Below, in pieces: positions 8,420 through 15,649 of a stretch of DNA of 32,000 bases (position 1 is its first letter; the number at the start of each line of letters is the position of its first letter). The stretch is taken from NCBI GenBank assembly GCA_026625185.1, contig CP113000.1, positions 2,265,622 to 2,297,621 of the forward strand. The letters run 5' to 3'. The position numbers and the translations under genes are program-made. The DNA comes from Thermodesulfobacteriota bacterium (lineage in GTDB: Bacteria; Desulfobacterota; WTBG01; JAGOGO01). The notes under the pieces are model-generated. The model made no database searches. It worked only from the letters and a program-made list of their open reading frames with translations, and had not been told where the DNA came from.

Positions 8420-8622
8420 TAAACATAGGGGCCTTCGCTTTTCCTGGGAATCAGGAACACCGAGGGCTTCTTTCCAAGCTTTTTTATTTTCTTCATCAGC
8501 TTCTTGAGAGTCCCCTGGTGGGCTACGACCTTCCCATGGGCAAAAGCCACCCATTGCCCGGCATATTGATCAAGCGAAACCGCCTTATTATTGGTTTTAA
8601 TCAAAATTTTTGGCTTTTCCAT
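8419..8622 (-). CDS. Small DUF5678-like protein
   Basis: The 67-aa ORF contains LDQYAGQWVAFAHGKVVAHQGTLKKLMKKIKK, which matches my memory of the DUF5678 consensus (kyrGkWVAi.dgkVva). It is translationally coupled to the protease gene. Confidence 0.55.
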   Translation of the reverse strand: MEKPKILIKTNNKAVSLDQYAGQWVAFAHGKVVAHQGTLKKLMKKIKKLGKKPSVFLIPRKSEGPYV

Positions 8623-9121
8623 AGTCGGTATATTTGGTTATCATCATCCCTAACCCAATGGCATCGAACATGTTCTGGTGGAATTCCTCTTTCCAGGCCC
8701 GGTCCTGGGTTAGGAAAACTTTTAGCTCCGGATATTTGGCCACCACCACCCTGGCCACTTCCTTTTTGCTCGCGTGGCCGTTTCCGCAAATTATTTTTTT
8801 CATGGTGCTCGGAGCAAAGCTTGCTACTTTGATCCCTTTCCTTCTTCCGATGGCCCTTATCTCATCCACCAGGACATTTAAAAGAGAGGCATTCCGGTTA
8901 TTGAAGAAGAAGGTCTTTTCCACCACCAGGATGTGGGGCTTAAAGTCATTGATTAATCTCAACACGATCTTTCTTCCGGTCCAAAGGATCTCGTGGGGTG
9001 ATTTCCGGTTTTTAATCACCTTAACCCCGGCATAAATAAGGAGGTCGCTATCCAGGAAGGCTACTCCCATGTGCCGGGTGCCGGGATCAATGGCCAAAAT
9101 TTTTGATCGGTTTTTGGGCAT
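8597..9121 (-). CDS. RuvC-like crossover junction endonuclease (catalytic residues retained)
   Basis: ILAIDPGTRHMGVAF (Asp), HILVVEKTFF (Glu), KKIICGNGHASKKEV and NMFDAIGLGMM (Asp). Length is 174 aa, RuvC-sized. Confidence 0.7.
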   Translation of the reverse strand: MPKNRSKILAIDPGTRHMGVAFLDSDLLIYAGVKVIKNRKSPHEILWTGRKIVLRLINDFKPHILVVEKTFFFNNRNASLLNVLVDEIRAIGRRKGIKVASFAPSTMKKIICGNGHASKKEVARVVVAKYPELKVFLTQDRAWKEEFHQNMFDAIGLGMMITKYTDYGKAKNFD

Positions 9122-9172
9122 GGATTTTTGGTGGGCGAGAAATGGAGATCACTCCCCTCCCGCCCATGAAGA

Positions 9173-9670
9173 TTAATGATCTAATCGATTGAAACAGACG
9201 ATGCCTAAGGCAATGGCCTCAAACATCCTGACAAAGTAGGGGTTCTTGTTTTTCTTTTCTTTATTTAATTCGTTAACCAGGAAAGGATAGAGGGCAGCAA
9301 CTACTTCTTGAAGCTCTCTTTTGTTTTTTATTCTTTTTTCTGAAGAGAGAGACTTCTCCAGGTCTTTTACGGAATACTCATAGACTCTAAGTCCTTGTCG
9401 TTTAGAGAATTCCTTTAAGCGGGAAACCATGCGGCTCAGATTTAAAGAACTCCGGGAAGGATGGAGCTTCTTGATGGCCAGGACATTAGGTTCATAGCGG
9501 GTGAAAAAATCAGAAAGAATGGTTTTGGTTTTTTTAAGCTTATCTTTAAATCTCCTTCCCTCAACAACCTTTATCCTCCAATCCTTAAGTTCCGGGCCAT
9601 GAAAGAAAGCAATTCCTAAATATCGTGTTCCCGGATTAATTCCCAGGATTGTGAGAGGTCTCTTCCCCAT
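9173..9670 (-). CDS. RuvC-like paralogue with degenerate catalytic positions (probable pseudo-nuclease)
   Basis: It has the same scaffold as the neighbour but with substitutions at the catalytic positions: ILGINPGTRYLGIAF (Asn for Asp), VLAIKKLHP (Lys for Glu) and RMFEAIALGIV (Glu for Asp). Confidence 0.55.
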   Translation of the reverse strand: MGKRPLTILGINPGTRYLGIAFFHGPELKDWRIKVVEGRRFKDKLKKTKTILSDFFTRYEPNVLAIKKLHPSRSSLNLSRMVSRLKEFSKRQGLRVYEYSVKDLEKSLSSEKRIKNKRELQEVVAALYPFLVNELNKEKKNKNPYFVRMFEAIALGIVCFNRLDH

Positions 9671-10409
9671 ATTTTTGAATGAGATGATTAAACAAAGCTC
9701 CCCGGCTTTTTTTGATCTTTTTATCCGGTATCTCCTTTACCTCGGCCAGGACTTTTCTTAAAAGAGGCTCGGGATACCGGAAGGAATAAGCGATATACAA
9801 TCCCAGTCCCTTCGGATCATTTAAGGCTCTGGCTATTTCCCAAGCTAAATGCAGTTTTCTGGTTTTCGGTTTTATCCCTTTAAAAGAATAAAAATTCGAA
9901 TTAAAGCAATTTTTTTTATTATCGATATCGTTTTTTAATAAAACTCTTTTTATCGTTATATCGTTAGGAGAAAAACTCACCTTTGATTTCTGGCTTGATA
10001 GAAAGGAATTCCGGCTCTCAGAGGACTTCTCAGAAGTATGATTTTTGATACTTCTGAAGTTGGATTTTTGATACTTCTGATGTTCCATATTTGGGACACC
10101 TGGCAATGGTTTCCATTTTTTTACCTGGATGGAGAGGTATCTTCCGGTGTTCCTGGTCGAGATATAACCATGCTTTTTAAGTAAAGCCAACCATCGTAGG
10201 ATCATCCCCCTCTTGAGGCACATATCCCGGCATAGGGTTTTGATTTTTCTTAAGAGATGGCCATCGTTCCGGTTGGCATGAAGCAAAAGATAGAGAAAAA
10301 GCCAGAGGGCATTTTTCATCCTCCGGTAATGTTTGGCCTCCTGATCAACCACCAGGCCTTTCCAGACCGGTGTCCACCAGTCTTTCCTGTTATTTGGGGT
10401 ATTAGTCAT
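9636..10409 (-). CDS. Winged-helix DNA-binding protein, replication-initiator/replisome-organiser-like
   Basis: The N-terminus ALWLFLYLLLHANRNDGHLLRKIKTLCRDMCLKRGMILRWLALLKKHGYI is a wHTH pattern seen in phage/plasmid Rep/DnaD-like proteins. The C-terminal KKSRGALFNHLIQKY resembles the basic tail of such proteins. The start overlaps the XRE stop (ATGA). Confidence 0.4.
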   Translation of the reverse strand: MTNTPNNRKDWWTPVWKGLVVDQEAKHYRRMKNALWLFLYLLLHANRNDGHLLRKIKTLCRDMCLKRGMILRWLALLKKHGYISTRNTGRYLSIQVKKWKPLPGVPNMEHQKYQKSNFRSIKNHTSEKSSESRNSFLSSQKSKVSFSPNDITIKRVLLKNDIDNKKNCFNSNFYSFKGIKPKTRKLHLAWEIARALNDPKGLGLYIAYSFRYPEPLLRKVLAEVKEIPDKKIKKSRGALFNHLIQKYGEETSHNPGN

Positions 10410-10711
10410 ATTCCTTCATTGGGCTTACTTTTCTCTTGCCCTTCTTTAGTTTTTAACCTCTCCTCTCTCTTTCTAATCTCTTTTTTTAATCGCAGGTAAA
10501 TCTCTTTAAATAAAAAAGCCACCGGTGTGCGGTAGACGATTTCAAGCTTTAAGGCATTGATCAGTCCGGGAAGCTTGGCTCCGTGCTCATAGCGGGAGAG
10601 GTTATTCGTCTTTTTCAAACTCATAAAATAGGCTGTTCTCTTCTGTGAGAGCCCCATCTTCTTCCGGTAGGCCCAGAGATCGTTTTTAACTGTGCTTTTT
10701 TTGGTTCCCAT
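10406..10711 (-). CDS. XRE-family helix-turn-helix regulator
   Basis: LWAYRKKMGLSQKRTAYFMSLKKTNNLSRYEHGAKLP is an HTH_3-like pattern. A strong SD (GAGGAGG) precedes ATG 10711. Confidence 0.7.
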   Translation of the reverse strand: MGTKKSTVKNDLWAYRKKMGLSQKRTAYFMSLKKTNNLSRYEHGAKLPGLINALKLEIVYRTPVAFLFKEIYLRLKKEIRKREERLKTKEGQEKSKPNEGI

Positions 10712-10956
10712 AAACCTCCTCTTAGGGTTTACAGTTTCAAAATATCAGAGAGGAGAAAATAAAAAAACGGGTGAAAATTTGTCTTTAAGGGCAAATTAGG
10801 AAGCAAGTGGTGGATAACCTGTGGGCAATATAAAAGGCTATAGTTCTATTTTAACGCCTGAAAATATTTTGTCTAACTTATCCGACATTGTCATACAACT
10901 CACTCAATTATTTGAGGTAATTCTTGGACTCTTTTACCCTATTCATCTAACGGAAA

Positions 10957-10978
10957 AGTTGTACTTTTCAGTACAACT
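10957..10978. promoter_or_regulatory. Palindrome AGTTGTAC-N6-GTACAACT abutting a plus-strand TTGACA (10985-10990); candidate operator for the XRE regulator
   Basis: Perfect 8-bp arms read directly. A related GTACATTTCAG recurs at about 11019-11029. Confidence 0.35.
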
Positions 10979-11176
10979 GTTACCTTGACATTATTTCTGT
11001 TTAGTTATAAGGTAAAAAGTACATTTCAGAATTGAAAAAGCCGCAAATTCTTAAAAAGTAATCAAGGAATTATTAACCATCAAATAAAAGGAGAAACCCA
11101 TGATAAGGAGAAAGTGGATGCTCAGGGCAATATCTCGCTGCAAGGAGGGCGCCTGAATCCTAAAAATCGATCAAAC

Positions 11177-11222
11177 TAAAAAAAGGCCTCTTCAATATTG
11201 AGAGAGCCTTTTGTTTTATTTA
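11177..11222. terminator. Bidirectional intrinsic terminator downstream of the TrmB gene
   Basis: An A-run is followed by the imperfect hairpin AAGGCCTCTTCAA-TA-TTGAGAGAGCCTT and then TTTTGTTTTATTT. On the minus strand the hairpin is followed by TTTTTTT, 5 nt after the TrmB stop. Confidence 0.6.
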
Positions 11223-11227
11223 AAGCG

Positions 11228-11983
11228 TTATTTTTTCTTCTTCAGTTCCTCCCAGAGCAGGTTAAACAGGCTTCTTAAGGTATTGGCTGCGTCCTCGCTT
11301 TCCAAAACCACTCCAATCAGTTTCCTTCCGAATGAAACCAGAGCCACCTTGTCAGCGTAGATGGTTATTTCCGTATGAAAGGGGAATTTCTCAACCGGGA
11401 TAAAAAGAGTTTCAATTGGTCCTTTCTTTTGGGGAAGGATTGCTCCTTTTTTGCTGGTATAGATCATTCTTTCAGGTACCGCTATCTTTTTTCCCATCCA
11501 GTGCCGGTGGTCTCTGGGATGGGCGGGGAATAATTGATAGGCATCGTCCAGGGGAACAAACTCTTCTATGTTTCCTAAATTTTTAGTCCTGAGAATATCC
11601 TCCTGAATTCTCCTGATTCCCTGCTTGCCCTCATAGAATTTGATCCTGGGCCTTTCCCTGGAGAGCATCGAGAGCTCTTTAAGCTCCGGCAGAATGGTTT
11701 TTATTTCTTTTTTTCTTTTTTTAAGCTCCCTTTCTTTGGTATCTATAAAGGACAAGAGTCTTTCAGGATCTTCAGCAGCAAAGTACTTCTTCTTCCCCTT
11801 TGTCAGGGAAGACATCAATCCCTTTTTCATCAGGGATTCTATCACCTCATAGGTGGTCGAACGGCTGATCTGGGACTTTCCGGCAATTTCCTGGATAGTG
11901 CTTAAACCAAGCTCAAGGGAGGCCAGATAGACGATGGCTTCCTTTTCAATGAGTCCCAGGTTTTTTAGTTTCTGTTCAAGCAT
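11228..11983 (-). CDS. TrmB-family transcriptional regulator
   Basis: The N-terminal LGLIEKEAIVYLASLELGLSTIQEIAGKSQISRSTTYEVIESLMKKGLMS is the TrmB wHTH. Length is 251 aa with a TrmB-type C-terminal domain. Confidence 0.8.
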   Translation of the reverse strand: MLEQKLKNLGLIEKEAIVYLASLELGLSTIQEIAGKSQISRSTTYEVIESLMKKGLMSSLTKGKKKYFAAEDPERLLSFIDTKERELKKRKKEIKTILPELKELSMLSRERPRIKFYEGKQGIRRIQEDILRTKNLGNIEEFVPLDDAYQLFPAHPRDHRHWMGKKIAVPERMIYTSKKGAILPQKKGPIETLFIPVEKFPFHTEITIYADKVALVSFGRKLIGVVLESEDAANTLRSLFNLLWEELKKKK

Positions 11984-12254
11984 GTATTCAAAGATAAATA
12001 ATTTGGTAGGATAAACGGGGTTTAGGTGGTTTAATGGAATTTATTGCGAAAGTGCTAACCAAGGATGTTAGAGATGGGGTAGCTCCTTCCTACCCCTTTA
12101 TTCCCATGGTAGTGCGATACCCGAAAAAAGGCAAGGGATGAAAGCACAGGGGGAAAATGAGCATCACTCCATTTGAATATTATGGAAGAACCATATAAAA
12201 TGATCCGTGAGTTTTTATTTGAATCAGAAATCCCTTTCACATTCATCCAAAAAA

Positions 12255-14426
12255 ATGCCTACTGTTTACGGTTTCCTTGAAAGAATCACTTTTTGGAACG
12301 AAGAGAATGACTTTGTGGTGGCCAGACTCCAGGAAAAAGGTAAAAAGGGACTGACCACTATTATCGGGAATCTCTCCGGGATTAATCCGGGCGAATCCTT
12401 AAAGCTTACCGGCAGGTGGGTTAATAACAAAACCTATGGCGAGCAGTTCCAGGTTGAGTGGTTTGAAGTTACGGTACCGGCTACGGTCAATGGCATTAAG
12501 AAATACCTGGGATCAGGCTTAATTAAAGGCATTGGCCCGGTCATGGCGGAAAGAATCGTCAAAAACTTCGCTCTGGATACCCTGGAGGTTATTGAAAAGA
12601 CCCCGGAGCGGCTTTCTGAAGTGGAGGGCATTGGCCCGAAACGAATTGCCATGATCAGCAAAGCCTGGGAGGAGCAAAAAGAGATCAAAGACATTATGAT
12701 CTTCCTCCAGGGCAATGGAGTGAGCGCTACCTATTCCGCCAAGATTTACAAACAATACGGAAACAAGGCGATTGAAGTGGTAAAGGATAATCCCTATTGC
12801 CTTGCCCGTGATATTCAGGGCATCGGCTTTCTCACGGCTGATAAAATCGCCCAGAACATGGGCATTGATCCCCATTCCCTGATCCGGGCCAAGGGAGGGC
12901 TCATTTATGTGCTCAATGAACTTACCGATCAAGGCAATGTTTATTACCCGGAAAGGGATTTGATCCGAAAAGCCATGGAGATATTGAAGGTTGACGAGAA
13001 GGTCATCACCAAAGCCTTGAGCGAGCTTGCCATAGAAAAGGAAATTTGCATTGAGGATATAGATACTGATAAGCCTCACAAGGGTGTCTACCTTACCCCT
13101 TTTTATGTGGCTGAGACTGGGGTAGCGCAAAGGTTAAAGAGCCTGAAGGAGTCTTCCTCAACCATAAGACCAATTGACCCAGACAAAGCCATTGGGTGGG
13201 TGCAAGAGAAGCTCAGTATCGAACTTGCGGAAAAACAGAAAGAAGCCATTGCCCTAGCAGCAAAATCGAAGGTTTTGGTGATAACCGGTGGCCCGGGCAC
13301 CGGAAAAACCACCATCATAAGGGCGATATTAAAAATTTTTGAGCAATTGAACGTGAGGATTTTTCTTGCCGCTCCCACTGGCCGGGCTGCCAAGAGGATG
13401 ACTGAGGCAACCGGCTGGGAAGCTAAAACCATCCACCGCTTGCTGGAATACGCTCCCCAGAAGGGCGGTTTCAAGAAAGACCAGGATGATCCCCTGGGGG
13501 CAGAGGTTCTCATCATTGACGAAGCCTCGATGATTGACATTTTTTTGATGTATCATCTCATCAAAGCGATTCCCCCTCACGCTCATCTGATTCTGGTTGG
13601 CGACGTGGACCAGCTTCCTTCGGTGGGGCCAGGGAATGTTTTAAAGGACATTATCGCTTCGGGTGCTTTTACCGTGGTCAGGCTCACTGAGATTTTTCGC
13701 CAAGCGCAGGAGAGTATGATCGTGGTGAATGCTCACCTTGTCAATAAAGGGATATTCCCCGTTCTGGAGGGAAAAAATATCAAGCGGGATACTGATTTTT
13801 ACTTTATTCAAGAAGAAGACCCGGAAAAGATTTTACATAAGATCATTACCCTCTGTGCCGAAAGGATACCCAGGCGTTTTGGCTTCCACCCCCTCCGAGA
13901 CATCCAGGTTCTCACCCCCATGCACAAAGGAATGATCGGGGCAAGCAACCTAAACGTGGAATTGCAGAAGAAACTGAATCCGGAAAAAACCGGCATAAAT
14001 CATGGAAGCCGGTCCTTCAAGATAGGTGACAAAGTCATGCAGATCGCCAATAACTATGACAAGGAGGTCTTTAACGGAGACATCGGCTGGATTTCAAAAA
14101 TTGATCATGAGGAAAGAGAAGTTACGATTGACTTTGACGGCAGGCTGGTTGTTTACGATTTTTCAGAACTGGATGAAATTGTCCTGGCTTATGCCATTTC
14201 AGTGCATAAATCCCAGGGAAGTGAATATCCGGCGGTTATTATTCCGGTTACCACCCAACACTATGTTCTTCTTCAGCGAAACCTTGTCTACACCGGCATC
14301 ACCAGGGCGAAAAACCTGGTGGTCTTATGCGGGACGAAAAAAGCGCTGGCGATTGCGATAAAGAATAATAAACCTCAGTTGAGGTTTACGCATCTCTCTA
14401 AAAGACTTCTGGGCAAGGCTCCGTGA
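12255..14426 (+). CDS. recD2: RecD2-type SF1B ATP-dependent DNA helicase
   Basis: Motifs: HhH repeats GIGPVMAERIV / GIGPKRIAMI, Walker A ITGGPGTGKTT, Walker B LIIDEASMID, LVGDVDQLPSVGPGNVL and AISVHKSQGSEYPAVIIP. The track start at 12207 is a GTG; the first ATG is at 12255 (MPTVYGFLERITF) and fits the usual RecD2 N-terminus. Confidence 0.9.
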   Translation: MPTVYGFLERITFWNEENDFVVARLQEKGKKGLTTIIGNLSGINPGESLKLTGRWVNNKTYGEQFQVEWFEVTVPATVNGIKKYLGSGLIKGIGPVMAERIVKNFALDTLEVIEKTPERLSEVEGIGPKRIAMISKAWEEQKEIKDIMIFLQGNGVSATYSAKIYKQYGNKAIEVVKDNPYCLARDIQGIGFLTADKIAQNMGIDPHSLIRAKGGLIYVLNELTDQGNVYYPERDLIRKAMEILKVDEKVITKALSELAIEKEICIEDIDTDKPHKGVYLTPFYVAETGVAQRLKSLKESSSTIRPIDPDKAIGWVQEKLSIELAEKQKEAIALAAKSKVLVITGGPGTGKTTIIRAILKIFEQLNVRIFLAAPTGRAAKRMTEATGWEAKTIHRLLEYAPQKGGFKKDQDDPLGAEVLIIDEASMIDIFLMYHLIKAIPPHAHLILVGDVDQLPSVGPGNVLKDIIASGAFTVVRLTEIFRQAQESMIVVNAHLVNKGIFPVLEGKNIKRDTDFYFIQEEDPEKILHKIITLCAERIPRRFGFHPLRDIQVLTPMHKGMIGASNLNVELQKKLNPEKTGINHGSRSFKIGDKVMQIANNYDKEVFNGDIGWISKIDHEEREVTIDFDGRLVVYDFSELDEIVLAYAISVHKSQGSEYPAVIIPVTTQHYVLLQRNLVYTGITRAKNLVVLCGTKKALAIAIKNNKPQLRFTHLSKRLLGKAP

Positions 14427-14789
14427 GTTTGTTTTGGCTTGCCTGCTATAAACCTATACCTCTATAAACTGCTTTTCCCCCAAATATTCACTTTCCCTTG
14501 ACTTTTTTTCTCTGAAAAGTTAAAAACAAATGAACTATCGCCACAATAAAGGCTTTTTGCTTAGCTATTGATTGGGAAAAAGCAAACCAGGAATTGTAGA
14601 ACAAAATTAGTTCACTGGGAAAAAAGAAAAGTTGAATCAGATATGGGGGTGTAAAGGGAGGGTGGGGACGTTCAAGGCGGTACTTCGGTAAAAGGGACAA
14701 GCTTTTCTCCCGAAAATAAGGCCGGGTGATATATTTAAATTTATTAATCAGAGAGGATTGAGGGTTAATGCTTTTCGAAAAAAAATAAA

Positions 14790-14826
14790 GCCTATTTACC
14801 AGATAAACGGGTAGAGGGGCTTTTTT
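14790..14826 (+). terminator. Probable intrinsic terminator about 365 nt downstream of recD2
   Basis: GCCTATTTACC-agataaac-GGGTAGAGGGGC forms about 10 pairs (two G-U, one mismatch) and is followed by TTTTTTG. Confidence 0.45.
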
Positions 14827-14904
14827 GCTTTGGGGATGCACCCCAATCAGTTCAATCTGAAATTATGTCAGAGGTCTTATAAGGATCCTTAAAAACATTG
14901 TTAG
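14791..14904 (+). repeat. Copy A of a diverged ~110-bp direct repeat (partner at 25591-25696)
   Basis: The two copies share a 15-nt perfect core GTTCAATCTGAAATT (14850-14864 vs 25646-25660). My hand alignment of the flanks gives 21/33 identities upstream of the core and 28/36 downstream, plus TTACC...ATAAA...GGCTTTTTT further upstream. Both copies end about 20 nt before a plus-strand start codon. Confidence 0.7.
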
Positions 14905-14924
14905 GGCACAAAAAAGGAATCAGA

Positions 14925-15449
14925 ATGACATTTGATCCGCGACATTCAAGATTGGTAGCTTGGCTCAACCTTGCCGCAGCAATAATTACACTTGCAGGAT
15001 TGGTTGGCAATTTAACGCAACGATCTATTCTTGGTCCGCTTCAGAACACTCTGCCGGTGCCGCTTTGGGCTATTCTCGCAGCTGTTGTTTTCATCCCTTC
15101 ACTAACGATGATCATAACACGATTTTTTTCACGGACACCAGACAATCTTTTTGCGGCACTTCTCAAATACGCCTCACATCCTGACCTTTTGAAGATTGTC
15201 GATGCAGACGGCAAGGTCTTGATAGGTGGACACGCTGGAAATTTTTATTGGAAGGAAGTGGCCAATGTAATCTGTACTAAACTCATGATGGGGAATCTCA
15301 GATACTCCAATTTGGGCACTCGTTTTCACCTGCAGGACATCGCAAACGGAAAGACTATTGAAATCCCAACTGATACTATGCTTGAGGAGAAAGTCACAAA
15401 AACTGGCTTGAGAAATGGGCAAGTTCTCCTGGTTGTGGAGAACACGTGA
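14925..15449 (+). CDS. Small 2-TM membrane protein with ~100-aa soluble C-terminal domain, unknown function
   Basis: TM segments are LVAWLNLAAAIITLAGLVG and LWAILAAVVFIPSLTMIITRFF. I prefer ATG 14925 (AAGGA 6 nt upstream) over the TTG at 14898 given in the track. Confidence 0.5.
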   Translation: MTFDPRHSRLVAWLNLAAAIITLAGLVGNLTQRSILGPLQNTLPVPLWAILAAVVFIPSLTMIITRFFSRTPDNLFAALLKYASHPDLLKIVDADGKVLIGGHAGNFYWKEVANVICTKLMMGNLRYSNLGTRFHLQDIANGKTIEIPTDTMLEEKVTKTGLRNGQVLLVVENT

Positions 15450-15492
15450 ACAAAAACTTGGGGAAGTGATGGGACATCCCTAAAATAAACTA

Positions 15493-15558
15493 CCCCGCCG
15501 CAAGCAGCGGGGTATTAAAAGCCAAAGCCAACAATTTCCTTCGCGGCAAGCCGCGGGG
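15493..15558. repeat. Two related GC-rich hairpins (REP-like or terminator-like) between the TM and PIN-like genes
   Basis: Hairpin 1 is CCCCGC-cgcaagca-GCGGGG (15493-15512). Hairpin 2 is CTTCGCGG-caag-CCGCGGGG (15539-15558). Both contain GCAAGC, and neither has a U-tract. Confidence 0.5.
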
Positions 15559-15649
15559 AATTTACCCGCAGAGATTAAAAAATTCTTAACCCGGACGCCT
15601 TATGAGGATCAATATTTACATTTTTGGGCATTGATGAAGGGTCCACCAT

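Noticed and set aside
12076-12099. Hairpin GGGGTAG-N7-CTACCCC followed by TTTA between the TrmB and recD2 genes, as a terminator or riboswitch element
   Set aside because: There is no upstream plus-strand gene to terminate, the T-run is very short, and I could not recognise any riboswitch consensus. It is noted only as a possible 5' UTR structure.
12434-13586. Minus-strand ORFs of 93-203 aa inside recD2 (12434-12715, 12519-13130, 13103-13540, 13329-13586)
   Set aside because: They are antisense to a helicase gene with a complete SF1 motif set. They carry no recognisable motifs and are most simply shadow ORFs.
14488-14841. 117-aa minus-strand ORF in the recD2 downstream gap
   Set aside because: It has a GTG start inside a hairpin, no SD, and a Phe/Lys/Pro-rich low-complexity product. 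It also overlaps the plus-strand terminator and repeat copy A. I treat the region as non-coding.
14845-14864. GGTTCAATC-like string in the repeat core as a tRNA T-arm fragment (a classic island-integration scar)
   Set aside because: The flanking bases cannot form a T-stem or acceptor stem, and no cloverleaf can be drawn in either copy. No tRNA gene is present in the window.
15493-15558. Twin hairpins as a minimal CRISPR array
   Set aside because: There are only two non-identical units with a 26-nt gap, no further repeats and no cas genes. No CRISPR-like periodicity appears anywhere in the window.
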